Shown in pieces: positions 43,860 through 61,342 of a stretch of 64,000 nt of DNA (positions are counted from its first letter, which is position 1; each line of letters starts with the position of its first letter). Position numbers and translations under genes: made by a program. This DNA is from the human T2T-CHM13v2.0 reference genome, Homo sapiens. Location of the stretch: NCBI RefSeq assembly GCF_009914755.1, contig NC_060935.1. The stretch is one strand, 5' to 3'. Below the pieces are notes generated by a model, which was not told the origin of the DNA, made no database searches, and saw only the letters and a program-made list of their open reading frames with translations.

Positions 43860-46279
43860 AGTGCCTTCTCTGTCCCCAGCATGTATTCTGGTGTTACATT
43901 CAAGTGTAACACCTCGAATGCTTCCTGCTAACCCTAAAGGGCCTTGAGGGGACTGGGGCAGCCTGTTCACCAACCAGTTTGGAGCATTTTCCTATGAGTA
44001 CAGTCATATATATTCCCACAGAAGAGTATACAAATATCTCCATATGAGACATAAGCACGCCCTCCTCCATTCCTCTTCCTCCAACTTCATCCCGTGTTTC
44101 AAAGCTCAGAGAGTGGTACATTTTGATCCAGCATATCTTAGAAAGTAGGAAATTGATAAAGATGCTTGTGATCACAGATAGGGAGACTGAGTCTGTGAAA
44201 AGACTCCCAAGCCAGTGGTCTCTCCAGGAAGCCCTGCTGACCCCCAAGCAAGGCTCTTACCAAGTTGTTAGGGCCCTGACTCCTGACATTCTAGACCACG
44301 CCATGACACCAAGTTTTCCTCCCTGTGGGTGCGTGATGTTTGACATTCTTCATTCAGAGGTCCATCTAAATGGATGTCACATTCACTAACGCATCATCTG
44401 AAATACAACTTCCTTTGATTTTGCCTCTTTTGAGTCTTTCTCCACTTGTGTTTTCCTATCAAAGGGATTAAACCACTTTGCTGGACTTGAAGCTCTGTCT
44501 TTTCCAAAAGCTTTCATCATGTCTCAACACAGCTTCCCATTCACAGACACAGGAGAGGATGGAAGAAGAGAAGTATCAGGCTTGATGAGGCTTAATAGGA
44601 TTTGCTCAAGTCAGTGCCTTTCCCTGCGTCCTGCAGAGAGTAGCTAGGATGCTCAGCTTACCTAGGCCAGCCACAGCATTCCTCCCTGTCTGTCCTCTAC
44701 AGACAGTTCTGCAAAAACCCTAGCTTCAAAGAGGAAATGCTAGAATATCAACTATGGGAGGGCTGGCTCTGCGTTTATCTTCTTCACTGCTTTATGTCCA
44801 GCTCCTAGCACAGGGGTTTGGCTATAGTAGTTCCTCAATTAATGTGTGCTTAATGAGTGCATAATTAATAGAACGGATCTCGAAAACCTGATTAAAGAAT
44901 TTCATCTCCATTGTCCCTGAAAATCCTTTTGACTTGATAGGCACACAACACTGGAAGCCAGGGTTTCAAGGATGGGGATTTTACTTACCCTTAAAAGAAA
45001 TCTAAACAGTAGAGGCTGCATGCTGGTCAGCTCAATGCTTGCCCTGCAAATTGCCCACTGGGCCTTTAGCTATTTGTCTTAGATAATCTCTACCTCTCTT
45101 TCTTCATCTTTAAAATGGGGTTAATGGGATATTGCATTAAATTTCAATTTGAGGAGAGATTATGAATACGTATGTTTATTTTATTTATACTTATGTTTGT
45201 ATCATGTATTCTTTCCATGAATCCCTACAATTGGCTCCCAGGGCTGGAGGAGCAGAGGATATTATCTGGGATTTATAGCAGAGTAAACTGAGGCAAAGAA
45301 AGTTAAGTTTGTTTGTATTTGGACCACAAAGCTGGTTTGTTGGACACTGAGTCAGAATCCAGATGTTACCCTGGGTTGAGCAAGGGATGACTTCTGCGGA
45401 TGATTCCAGCGCACAGGAATGCGTCCCAATATCAAATCAAAAGTAAACCACCCTTTCCTATCTGCCAGACGCAAAAAGTTTTCCTATCTGGGCTGAAGTC
45501 TCCTAGAAAACATTTTCCCGTTTCTAGTACGGCACAAAGCCTTCGCCTACAAGAATGTATGCAAGTATGTTTAAAAATAAAGAAGGAAACAGTGCAGAAA
45601 ATCAGCAGCAAGCTGTTTCCCCAAAGAGCTGAGTACAGGAGGATGTGAGCTCCCATGTGCCCCGGCCAATGACTCATTCTTGTGGCACTGTGCCTGCCCT
45701 GCCCAACCTCAGTGGCTCAGGGAGTCCGCAGCGGCACCCCCATTGGAAGCCTATCTTGGTTCCAACAGCTGGGGTGTCCAGAATACACGGGGCCTCGGGA
45801 CAGCAGCATTTTCCATCATCTCTGAGCATCTGTGATTGAGTTTTCAGGATGAAGTCTCCCACTTAAGGCAGAGCAAATTCCTGCTTGGGATTCTGCAAAG
45901 ATAGCCCCAAGCATTTTCCTCCTTGTCTCATTTATCCTTGTTAACTGCCACATGAAGGAGCAGGAAGCAGGTGGCCCTATGCAGAATGGGAAATGGCCAA
46001 TGGACATCTGGGACAAAGCCCTTCAGATGACCTTTTGATATGATGTTTTAAAGGTTATCTTGAAATTGCTATAATCACCCAGGCAGCACAGGAAAAGGCC
46101 TGCCAGGGTCATCTGACTCCCCAGGACAGCTGGGATCTACCTTGGTTTGCCATTAGGCAGTCAGCTCAGTGGTTGACAGGCCTTTTTCCAGGTTGTTCTA
46201 CTGGGGACACAGCTTCCCGGTGTTCTGCCTGGTGGAACCTGCAGCTGGAGTCACCCTCAGAATGGTGGCAGGGGAATTC

Positions 46280-46691
46280 CTGCAAGGGACTGCCCAAACC
46301 ATCCCCAAATGGGGTCAGTTGAGATTCCAAAGAAGAAATCACCAAGTTCCAAAGCACTTATTAGGGGAACTTACATGTAGAGCGCTGCACTGGTCCTCAT
46401 GACAGACAGCAAGAAAAGAGGTGCTCCGCTTAAGTATGTCTGCGGCAAGGGCTCTGGGTTATGGAGTTATTTGGCCCAAGGTTGGGCTAATTCCTACATG
46501 TTTAGCAACATGTTTAATCTTTCAGTATTTCAGGTAACAACCTAAACAGGGTTTCAGTGCCAGGGAATGTTTCCAGGGCTCAGGCCTGCAGGAAAAGACA
46601 TGCAGCTGGCCAAGTGACAGAGCAGTCTAGGCATTCTGTGTTTCTCGATCAGGACAGATAAGTAAGTGGGGGTTCCTGGGGGACCCTATAC
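46280..46691 (-). mobile_element. ERVL-type LTR fragment (family uncertain)
   Basis: ccaagttccaaagcacttattaggggaacttaca...ggggaccctata resembles antisense MER74/MER73-group LTRs. Confidence 0.35.
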
Positions 46692-47949
46692 CCGGGAGGG
46701 AGGGTAACTGCGAATTCAAGGAAGACTTACTTATAAAGAGGAAGAAGGGTTGAAAGATAGTATCCCTAAGGTGATGTTTCCCAGGGCCAGAAGCTCATAG
46801 AACTTTCTGAAGGGAGCAGGTCATCAGCCTTAGCATGAGCCCCGGAGCATCAGTGTCTGCTGGCCGTTGTGTGGTGAGTGCTGTGGGTCAGCCTTTGGGC
46901 TGCAGCCAGATAAACCTAGACCCAAAACCTCACTTGGTCACATGCTAAGTGAGCTTCATTCTTCTCTTCTGAAAAATGGGGGGATAATAATGGTATTTAT
47001 CTAACCATGTTGTGAGGATTAAATCAGCCAATGGATAAAAATTTCCTAGTGCAGTTCCTGGCTTCTGAGTGCTCAGAAATGTTGTCTGTTATTGTTAATT
47101 AAAGAGGTCTTTCCCAACTGAATGAGAGTCTTAAAGCTCGTTAAATGGGTTTTGAGGGGACTATCAGACACCTGTATTGCAGGTGTGTGGGTATCTCTTG
47201 GAAGTGTGGTAGGCACCCCCACAAACACATTACGCCCTTTGAAGAGCTTTGGGGCCATTAACATCCTGTCCAGTTCCATTTCTTAGAGGACAGGGAATCA
47301 AATTTTCTAATGGCGGGCCTACACAGCAATTTGTCATTTTAATAAGCACTCAGATGGCTGCAGACTTCACACTCAGACGGTAGGGGTGACCAATTGACAA
47401 ATCAGATACATGCTGCCTTTTCCTTTCTGTCTGCTGCTAAAAGACCTCAAGATAAATAGAGACAGCAAGGAATGAAAGAAACAGCACAGGCTTGGGCCAG
47501 ATGAGCAGGAATCCAAAAATCAGCTCTGCCTGATATTTGGTGGCCTGGGTGTCACTTAACCTCTTTGGAAGCCTGTTTTTTTATTTATCCATCCAATTAC
47601 TCAGTAAGTACTTTTTGAATACATCCATGTGCCGGGCTGTGTTCTAAGTGCTTGGAATACCAGAGAACAAAATGAACACAAACTTATGCCCCTGTGGAGC
47701 TTACATTCTGATGGTGGGAGAGAGACTGTTTGAATTAAGCCTGATTCATAAGCAAACAATATAGTATTTATATAGTGGGGATTCCAATATCTAATGCCAG
47801 TGAATTGCTGTGGCGATAAGAAGCCACAATCCACATGTAATGCGTGGGACACAGTAGGTATTTAATAAACTATTGTGATTATTCTTTTTAAATTGCTCCC
47901 AGGTTTCTCAAACCCTTTCAACACTTAATGTGTAGTTTGCACCTAGATA

Positions 47950-48070
47950 TTGTTCATTTATTCATTCAACAAACAGCTAGCAAGCATCTATTTTGTGCTA
48001 GACTCTGTACTAGGCACCAGGGATACAAAAGAACCCTATAAGAGAGTGAGGCCCCTGCCCTTGAGGATTT
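47950..48070 (-). mobile_element. L2 3' fragment
   Basis: ttcatttattcattcaacaaaca...gcatctattttgtgctagactctgtactaggcaccaggg. Confidence 0.65.
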
Positions 48071-48152
48071 CACGCCCTGACCCCTGGATAACAGAAGAGA
48101 AGCCTGGGAGAGCCCCGGGGTGGGGGTGGCCTTCCATCTTGTGTTCTAGTGA

Positions 48153-49196
<1,044 letters not shown>

Positions 49197-49413
49197 TAGG
49201 CAACTGTGACTCCAGAAGATGCAGGTCTGTGCCTGAGAGTCCTGGGGTGGCGCAGGCAACACATTCAATCCCTAAATTGTGGTTTGAGGGGTACTGGTAC
49301 TCAAGATTGAGTAATAGCAATAGCTAACACTGACAGGAACTTCCCAACTTTCAGGCACTGTCCTAAACAATAAACATCTATCATCTGGCCAAATGTCCTC
49401 CCACGCCCTATGA

Positions 49414-49741
<328 letters not shown>

Positions 49742-52589
49742 AAGATAGTTTTTATTAAGGTACAGATAAAGACACAGGGACACAGACAGGCTAAATTATT
49801 TGCCCAAGAGCAAGCACTTTCGAATGATAGAGCTAGGATGGAAATTGAGACCAGGGACCCCAGAGCCAGCACTTGTTTCCAACAGGACAAACTGCCCCTT
49901 CTTGGAACAAGTGTTCTACCCAGAAGAGCTCCCTGGTCAGATAGCTCTGGTAATCACAGGGCGAAACAAAAGCGAACTGGTTTCTTTACAGTGGACTTCT
50001 CGCTGTCCTTACCCACTGAGTCTCATCACTGGGAGAGGAGGGGATGCAGAATTTCCTAAACTCAAAAGGTTCTCACCAACCCCTTACTTGGAGAGACCTT
50101 TGCTGCAGGGGAAGGGCTTTTGTGGCTGGGCTCCCTCTGGGGCAGCCAGCCCTCAGCATTCTTGCAGAAGGTTGGTTTAGTGAACGCAGGGCAGGTGAGG
50201 CTCCTTTCTCACAAAAAAACAGTGCATCCATGCTGAGGCATCAACATCCATGTATGCCCAAGAAAATGCCCTTTGTGTGGCCAGCATGGCACCTCCCTGC
50301 TCAGCTACTGACTCACCAGCAGCTGGTAGCCAAGGACCCCCCAGTTCCTCAGCCACTCAGCCATGGCAGACCTCTGTGAGGTGGCTCCAGGGAGTCCAAG
50401 GCCTGGGACCGCCTGAACTCTGGCAGAGGACCCTAGTCCCCACCCCACTCGCAGCAAAACCCCACATCCTGCATATTTCATTTCTTCCTCGTGCCTTCCT
50501 TTCTCTCTCTCTCTCTTTTTTTTTTCAACCAGGTACAATGAGCAGCTGGTCAGGCCCTAAGGATGGGTTCTAGAAACTCAGTCACGCTCAGAATGATGCA
50601 TGTCTATTTTTCCAATTCTTGCAAATGACAGTGTAGGGCTGGCTTCAGTCTCATTTTACAGATGTCGAGGCTGAACCTAAAAAGCATTATGTAGACAGTG
50701 AGTGTTCATATTCAGCTCTTCCACTTACAAATCTGGAGCTTCTCTCACCACTCTGCCCCACTAAAATACTAGCGGCCTGTCAGGAAGATGGCCAAGCACA
50801 CATTCCAGCCCCCAGGAAGCTGGCTGCCGGGCAGGGGACTCAGACCCAGACTGCACAAGCCTTCCCATTTTGAAGTTGGTGGAACCAGGAGAGGGCAATG
50901 ACAAGCTCCAGGGACTGGTGCCAGAGGTGGCTGCTCGGCCATCTGCTGGGGGCTGGAGTCTGGCAGGCAGCATATGGTGGCAGGTGGGCAGCCCCGGGGC
51001 CGAGGACAGTCAGGACTCAGGAAGGTTTCCCCCACAGAGCTAGGGGCTTGCAGGTCACCCTGCCCTTGCCTCCAGGGTCAGAATCAGGACACAGGCTGCA
51101 TTTCAGGGGAAGAACTCCACTCTGAAGCCACAAAAAAGGGATTGGGTGAGAGACATGGGGTCAAATCATAGCACACCTGACCACTCTCCAAGGCCATCCT
51201 CACTCCCCAGCCATGCAGCAGGGAGAGCGCCCACAGGCTCGTAGTGGAGGGAGCCAGTGCTATCTGCCCCGCTGCCCCGCTGCACCCCCAACCACACCTC
51301 CCTCAAAGTCAGGGGCCCGCCATTCACTTGTCCTCACGGTTTGGCCTCCTTCCCCTCCCACAACCCGGGCTATGCTTGCTCTGTCCCACAAACTGTAGGG
51401 GAGATCCAGGGAGATAGGGCAGGAGACCCTGGCCCACATCTGTCCTGGATGTGGGTGGTTTGGTTGTCAAGCACATGCAGCCAGGTGTGGGCTGGGAATC
51501 CATGCCTCAGCTTGAGTAGCACAACTCTGCCGTATCCTGCCTGAGCGGGTTTGAGCAAGCTGCTTACCTTGTCAGCAAAGTGAGGAAAATCAATCTCTTA
51601 GGGCTGTTGGGAGGATTCAAGATGAAAAGGAGCTGTGCTGATCACTATACCTGACACCTGGGGAATCCTTTCCAAACGTATTGAGCAATGACAGGGACAC
51701 ACCAGGATCTCTAGCTACAGGGCAGCCGCTGCCACACCCCATGAGGAGCAGGAGGATCCCAAAGGGGAAAGGTCCTGCCCATACCTTTCCCAAGGCCCTG
51801 GGAGGCTGCAGACGTCTGGCATGGTCTAGGCTGCTCAGGGCCCGGTTTGGGCCTCTCTGCCAAGGCTGTGGGGACAACAAGGGTAACGACTGAAGGGAGA
51901 GGCCCGGCCCAGGCAGGCATCACTGAGAGCAGAGAGCAGGCTGTGGGCGCACCTGTGTGGGTGCGCTGGGGCTGAGAAGCAGCCTTGGACCTGGGTCTGC
52001 TTTGTATGAGCCCCTCCCAGAGAAAGCCCAAAGTGGGAGCTGGAGACGGTTGCCTTCAGCACCCAACCAACACAGTTAATGCCTTCCTTGGCCAGAAGAT
52101 TAAATATCAGAAAGCTGCTTTCCTGTGACCCTAAGCACAGAGGCCTCCTCATCCATAAACAAAGCTGCCCTCCTCTCTGGAGAGAAAGCAACACCTAAAA
52201 ATAGCATAGGCATGGCACGGGCTGAGTAGACAGGGAAACGAGGCATTGGAGCAGCCTCAAATCAAGAAGCCAAGCTCTGTGTGTGCGTCTGCTCCTCTTC
52301 CTGTGTGTATGTGTGTGTGTATGTGAGTGTGGAGCCCTCTCTCCGTATGTGTCCGCCCAAAACAATCCCCATATGTTCCAAATGCCTGTCAGATTCTCCG
52401 TGTTCATTCATGCTGAATTTATCTTTGCCCTTTCCTGCCTTTTTTCCCATCTTAATCTTCTAGACCTGAATGCTGTTTTCAGGAACGGAGTCCCTACCTT
52501 CAACTATTCCAACATCTATTCACTCCAATCTCTAGGAAATGACTTTCAGAATCTTGCATGTCGATTTCTAATTTTCTGCCACCACTACG

Positions 52590-52715
52590 CCTTGAACTCC
52601 TCCAGGGCAAGGACTGTGTCTTATTCAGCTTTACATTTCCACTATGCTTAGCACAAAGTAGATGTTCATGAAATGCTTGATGAGTGATTGGATGGTTGAA
52701 GGAATGCATGAATGT
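52590..52715 (+). mobile_element. L2 3' end
   Basis: ctccagggcaaggactgtgtcttattc...cttagcacaaagtagatgttcatgaaatgcttgatgagtga...gaatg. Confidence 0.65.
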
Positions 52716-53656
<941 letters not shown>

Positions 53657-54509
53657 GGGGTGCAGCCTCCCTAAGACCTCCTGTCACTGGCTTCAGTGAA
53701 CACAGACACTGCAGAGCCTGGGAGCAGGGGAGGGGAATAGTTGAGTGTGCTGTTTGGGGGCTCAGGAGCCATCAAGGCTGTGGGGAGGAACCATAAACCC
53801 AGCCCTCACAGCTCCCAGCACAGGGCCTCCCTGAGCCAGTGGCATCCTGCCTGGGCCCCCCATGGCAGTGCTGCCTCTTGTAGGTGCTGGCTAAGGGCCA
53901 GGCCAGGATGAGTTTCCCCATGGTGAATGTTACCGGATGGCATCTGTTCTCTCCATGCCCTGGGTCACTTCCTTTTTTGGGTCTCACAGACCCCTCCAGG
54001 GGCTGACACCTAGAGAGAACCATCACCTTGTCCCTCATTCCTTCCACCCTGAGGCTTGCTGTGGACTCAGAGAGGAGACTTACCTGATGAGAGCTCAAAC
54101 CTCTAGTCTGGGATGAGCTCACAGAGCCCTCATGAGTTAAGATCCATCCATATCACATAGGCAATTCCTTTTAAATCAGATACCAACGACCCATTACTGA
54201 GAGGTACAGAGCGTACAGCCCTTGGTGTTCTCTGCTGTTATCTGCCAAATGTGTGTGTTTTTCCTCTGCTGTGTTCTGTGTGTCCAGTGTAGCCTATTGG
54301 AGAATCGGTCTCATTAGAGTGACTCTTAGAAGGTGGCCTGGGACTAGACAGCCCCTCTGAGCACATGCATAGTGGCATCAGCAGCTTCCTGGCCTACTCC
54401 CAATCACACTGTGCCCTGCACCTCCCACCAAGGGGGAACCCCAGCAGCTGGGGCTTTTCGAGTGCTTTTTGGCCCAAGAATCTCAGAGTGCTTCTAATCA
54501 TCACAGTAG

Positions 54510-54532
54510 TTTTTGTGTTTTGTTTTGTTTTG

Positions 54533-54563
<31 letters not shown>

Positions 54564-54564
54564 T
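54510..54564 (+). repeat. (TTTTG)n microsatellite in 3'UTR
   Basis: Directly visible. Confidence 0.9.
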
Positions 54565-54698
54565 CACAATCTCAGCCAGCCTGCGGTGTGACCTGGGGAG
54601 AAAGTTGAGTGTCAGGGGACATGATGAGCCAGTTGGCCCTGAAACAGGAATGGGGCAAAGAGAAAGGAGAGCCAGGAGCATTTAAAAATCAGCATCTG

Positions 54699-55125
<427 letters not shown>

Positions 55126-56587
55126 TTACAACCGGGAGGGCTGGGCAGGGAGGGCAGGGAGATTGCCTGGGGAAGGCAAAGGGAATGGCTGCCCCTCCCA
55201 GGCTGGAAACAAGAGGGCAAGCGGGGTCAGCAGGAGAATTCGGGGGCAGGGTGAGTGTTAAGAAAAAAAGAGTAGAGAAGAGCCTGAAAATCAGCAACTT
55301 CCAGGGCTTTTCTGATCTGGAGGCCCAAGAGCAAGGGTGGAGGGGGGCAGATTGTCAGGTCCCGAAATGTGTGTTGACACACACGGGCTTCGGGTTAGCT
55401 GGCCTGACATGGAGATAGAGTGCCAATGTTCCCAGGCCACAGAATTATGGAGGCCTCACCCACAGTATTCACAGCTCTCAACTGGCCTTTGAGAATGGAA
55501 GCCTTTTCCTGCCCTGGATATGGCGCTTCTTCCTGGGAGAGGAGCAGAGCCACAGAGAGGTAGGAAGTTGAGGCAGAGCAAAGGGAAGGCTTCAGAGCTT
55601 AGGCCCGGTTCATCTCAGAAGTGTTTTCTAGGCCTGGGGCTGAAAGGAAGAGGGGTGGGGCAGCCTGGGACGGGAACTGCCTCTGTGGGCTCCCCACTCC
55701 CAGGGAGGGGCTCCATAAGCTTTGCTCCTGGGCTGGATCTTGAGAGGTGGGCAGGGTCTTCCCACCAGTGGCAGGGTGTGCAGTTGTGGTCCCAAGCCTT
55801 GGAGGGAATGGGGAATGGGCTGGCACCCGGCTCAGGGAAAGCAGAAGCAGACAGTGCCCCAGCAGGGGAGCTGCATGCCCCCAGGAGTCTCAGAAAGGCA
55901 GCCCATCACTAAGGCTGGATGCCTTTCAGCAGAGCTACAGCTGGAGCCCTCCGGCTGAGGCCAGCACTCGCCTGGGACTCCCTGGACCCCAGGGTTACTA
56001 ACAGCAAAACCATTCCACACCCCCTTGCCAGATCTAAGCCTGTCTTAGGACCGTCAGTGCCCCCAGGTTAGAGCTCATGGGGGTCAACTAAGCGAGGGAG
56101 GGAAGGCGAAGGCAAAGCTGGCCTTGCACCTGGACAGCGGCCTGGCTCCTCCCCACACCTGCCTTCATTTATGACTCTGAAACATCCCCCACCTGACCAA
56201 GGGAGCCACTCTCCAGTTCTCTCACTCCACCAGGGCCCTCCGTGAGCCAGGACCAGGTCACATCTCTCAGCCAAGTCTAGAAGCTCTGGCTAGAGGAGAG
56301 GAAGCGTGCAGAGGGTCCTCTGCCAAAGCTCCCTGCCTGGCCCGAGCCCGGGCATGCTGGGATTAGTGCAACACCGCCCCAGTGTGCCTCCTCTGCCTTC
56401 TATCATGCCAGTTTAAAAGCAAGAAGACTCCCCCTTCACATCCTGAGGAAATCCCCTTCCTGGTGACCAACTGATGCAATGAAAGTTTGAAAAGTTCTTC
56501 ATTTTCTAGAAGTTCTTGAATAAACATGGACTTACTAAATGCAGAGTCTGATGATGGACAGAGTTTCAAGGGGTCACTTTCAAAACA

Positions 56588-56845
<258 letters not shown>

Positions 56846-58065
56846 TGATGGACCCCAGAGAGCTGAGCCGTGGTTTAAGATGGGGTCATGCGCTGGTCAT
56901 TCCCACAGTCTTGAGTATCTCCAAAATCCCAAAGTGATATTTCACTTTCGGACCCTGAAAGTTTGGAGAGCTGGTTTCTTGCCTTAATTTAAGCTCTCTG
57001 AGAATGTCCCCTGTAGGGAGAAGCCTCCAGGAACTCAGAATAGAACTCGTTCCCACTCATTTTCCTTGCTCCACCAATCTGACGCCTGACAGATGTCACC
57101 ACTGCCTGAAGGATCCTGTCCCCAGGCCAGGGCAGAATGGGCATTGCCTTTGACTCTCCCCTTCAGACTCCCCTCCCACCGGCCTCCTGTGTAGTCAGAG
57201 AACCCACTGCCCATCGCCTCCTGCTGCTGCTTTGAGGTTGAGGTCCTGGCTTGAGCAGTTACCTTGCTGGAGAAGAGGAGCCCCTGCCATCTGGGGAGCA
57301 CTGTCCCTGCTCGTGATCTGTAACAGTGGGGCGCTTTTTCACACCCCTTATCTCACGGCTTGCTTCCAGCCCCCATCAATCCTGTGCCTCATGTGAGGTG
57401 AGCCCCAGAGAAACTTAAATTGCTTGTACTGAAGTTGCCAAAAACCAAAAGTTGCCCGTTGTCATTTTTAAGACTGTGCCCTGAACACACCTCTGCCCAT
57501 GCGCCATGGAGCATGTGTTAGGTGCCTGCCGTGGGTCAGGCACTTGATTCTCAAAACACTGCCGAGAAGCTCTTACCAACGTGACAGTTGAGGCTGAGAG
57601 AGGTTCATGAGCTTGCTCAAGGCCACGGGTAGTAATAAGAGGCATGGCCTTGGTGCCAAGTGCCTCCCAAACAAACAGCCGGGGCCGTGGTCCTGCCTAA
57701 ACTCTCACATCCACGGCACCACGCTGGGCCCAGGCAACAGAGATAAGGAGAGCCCTGGCTCTTGGGATGGGGTCGCGCCGATTCACATGCTGTGCCACGG
57801 AGCCCCGGCTTCCATCCATGATGTGCCCCTGTGGCGGGATAATTGGGAAACAACCTTTTTCTGATTCCCAGAGAACTAATGAGCTGCAAAAAGAGATTAG
57901 ACAGGGAAGAATTGCTTTCGGGGAGAAGCCACTTACTCGGCTCGCCTTGGTTTTTGCTAACAACGTCTCCTTAAACTGCTGTCAAATCTTTTTCTCCCTG
58001 TGTAGGATTCATCAATCTTCGTATGCAAAAGAACACCACTGCACTGCACTGCTAAAAATTCACAC

Positions 58066-58071
58066 AATAAA
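58066..58071 (+). terminator. Distal polyadenylation signal of KCNJ5
   Basis: AATAAA followed by U-rich downstream sequence. Confidence 0.6.
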
Positions 58072-59182
58072 ATGGACTTTAACTTGCAGAGCTCTTTCTC
58101 ATTTTAAATGGACGGCCACTAGTTGCCCGTTTAAACTCATTGCCAGTTGTAGAAACCTTGTCCTTCTTGGTTTTGTTAGCCTAAAAATGTAGTATCAACA
58201 TCTAGACTGGTTTCGAGGTGGGAGAATGGGCAAAGGTGGGGAGGAGAGAGCCGGATAGGGGCAGCTGCAACCAGGTGTTGGCAGGCAGAGCAGGCGGCAG
58301 TTGCGGAAGCTATGGGCAGCATGGGTTCTCACACTAAGTCATTCATGCCACCCCCAAATAACTTCTGTACATTCTTTAATGTCAAATATTCAGAACCCAC
58401 ATTACCTATGTAATGAGTAACTTTAAAAATATCTACTTCAGGGGGCCCTTGGACTAGCATTCTGCTGCCAGGGCATACATTTGCAAAAGGATCGTTCTTG
58501 CTTAACAGTGGGAAAGGGGCAGAGGAGTCTGTGATATCTAATGTTGGCAAAGGATCTCAGGATCTTTCGAGAGAAGTCCCAAAGTTTCTGTTGAAAATGT
58601 CCTTAGCAGTAGAGGATGTAAGATTGGATTCTCTTCTGCTCTGGTCACCCAATGGCAATATCGAAGAGCCAATATTTACTGAAAATCCCTCAGGTACACC
58701 ATACTGAAAGGATAAAGTGGCTCACCAGGGCTCTGATTCAAAATGAGAAGCAGTATTTCCAGTTGGGAAAGGCAGAACAGCTCTGATGTGTGTGGGGGCA
58801 TTTCCCACATCTGGCCCCATGGCCCACCCACAGTAACCAGGCATCAGCAAATCTGTGCGTGGGACTTGGGCCAAAAGCACGTGCTGAGCCTCAAATTCAG
58901 CCATGAGCAAAACTACCTGATGACTCTGAGGGTGAATTGCCTTCAGGGTGGGAAAGACCCATGCAAAGGCCAGGAGCTCTGGGGATGGCCCTTGCCTGGG
59001 GATTGCACTACAATTACTGCTCAGTGTCAGAATGGAGACATGAGGTCAGGAGAAACGATGAATCTGTGAATTTGCACATTTGTCAGTCAAGCTCGGATTG
59101 CAATTTGAGGAAGGAGAACTAGACATATAATCTAATAAAAGCAACAATCTGAATGTTACCCTTAGAAAACCCACTCAGGGCC

Positions 59183-59490
59183 GGCCGGGCACGGTGGCTC
59201 ATGCCCGTAATCCCAGCATTTTGGGAGGCCGAGGTGGGCGGATCACAAGGTCAGGAGATCGAGACCATCCTGGCTAACACGGTGAAACCCCGCTGCTACT
59301 AAAAATACAAAAAAAATCAGCGGGGCGTGGTGGCGGGCGCCTGTAGTCCCAGCTACTCAGGAGGCTGAGGCAGGAGAATGGCATGAACCCAGGAGGCGGA
59401 GCTTGCAGTGAGCCGAGATCACGTCACTGCACTCCAGACTGGATGACAGAGCGAGACTCCGTCTCAAAAAAAAAGAAAACAAAGAAAAAA
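59183..59490 (+). mobile_element. AluY-like
   Basis: Full length; ggcggagcttgcagtgagccgagatc. TSD agaaaacccac.cagg. Confidence 0.95.
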
Positions 59491-59845
59491 TGAAGAGAAA
59501 ACCCACCCAGGCCCAGAAGATGCGCTCTGCCGGTTCCAGTCAGAAGAAGACCAACGCCAACGCATGCAGAGCAGATGTCTCCTTAGGCCTTGTTAGATCC
59601 CAGCAATAAAGCGTGCTGACTTTCTTATGGTAAATAAATGTCTAGGAAGGAGTTTTGAAAACAGAAACATTGCTGACTTTTTCTCTAAGTGAGTATTTAT
59701 GTTGACTCAGAAGTTGTTATTCAAATAACCTTGGCTCACTTGGTGGAGGCAAAAATCCTACATCCCAGAGGAGAAATTACTGAGAATTGGGCACATTAAC
59801 ATATACTTTGAGCTTCATTTTTCTACCAAGTAAGCAAAAGTGTAA

Positions 59846-60335
<490 letters not shown>

Positions 60336-60979
60336 TGAAGCGTCCAGGGAGTAACTGTTTCTTTGCCTCACCATGTAGTTACCTGGGGAAGTGGGAAGGC
60401 GTGACCACTCAGGAATGCACCCACCTTCTCTCTCCTTACAGAGGAGAGCCCGCTGGTTCTGGTTCATGGAAACAGCTAAGAAAGGGGGAAAAGCATTTAC
60501 TGAACCCAGACTGTGCCCTGATGGATGAGAATGTGGCTGTTTAATCTCCTGGTGTCTTTCCCATTCAGTAAGTGCACTGGGAGAGGCTTCACACTCCTCC
60601 TCTTCAGATGAAGCACCCCATGGACACACCCTGTCTTCAAATATTAGATAAAATCTTGCAGGGAAGCTGCTCCTGTTTAGGTCTCCCAGAACCCCACAGC
60701 AGCAGCAGTACCTGGACATTAGTCCAGGAGCTGATCATCCTGATCATTCCCTTTGGAATCGGTGGAGCTTTGCAGGGCATTCCAACAACCATCTCACTGT
60801 GATAAAGGATTAAAATGACATCTCAGAAGACACAGAGCCAACTCCACACAACGTCCAAAGGGTCTCTGACTTTTCATTACTTCAATTTTCCCACACATCC
60901 ATTATTCAGCAAACATTTAATGAGCACCTACTATGTGCCCAGAGCAGGAAGAGGCACTGCACACTCAGCAGTGATAAGA

Positions 60980-61342
60980 CTGTCTTAGTCCACTGGGGCT
61001 GCATTACAAAAATACCTTAGAGTGGGTAATTTATAAAGAACAGAGACTTCCTGCTCACAGTTCTGAAGGCTGGGAAGTCCAAGATCAAGATCAGGCCGCC
61101 AGCAGATTGGGTGTCTGGTGAGGGCCTGTTCCTCACAGATGGTGCCTTACATGTGTCCTCACTTGGCGGAAGGGGCCAACAGGCTCCCTGAAGCCTCTTC
61201 CATAAGGGCACTCATCCATCACGAGGATCCTCTTCCCACGACCTCATCACTGCCCAAAGGCCCCGCCTCCTAATGTCGTTACCTAAGGGGTTAGGTTTCA
61301 ACAAAGGAATTTTAAGGGGACATAAATATTTAGACCATAGCA
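60980..61342 (-). mobile_element. MaLR LTR (MLT1A/MST-like) inserted in an L2
   Basis: tgtcttagtcc...gggtaatttataaag...ggctgggaagtccaagatcaag...tttagaccatagca. Flanking L2-like sequence at 60890-60979 and 61343-61760. Confidence 0.8.

Noticed and set aside
46192-46313. Possible internal 5'UTR cassette exon of KCNJ5 (ttttccag|...GGG|gtcagt)
   Set aside because: Splice sites are plausible but cannot be supported without transcript data, and it overlaps an LTR-like sequence.
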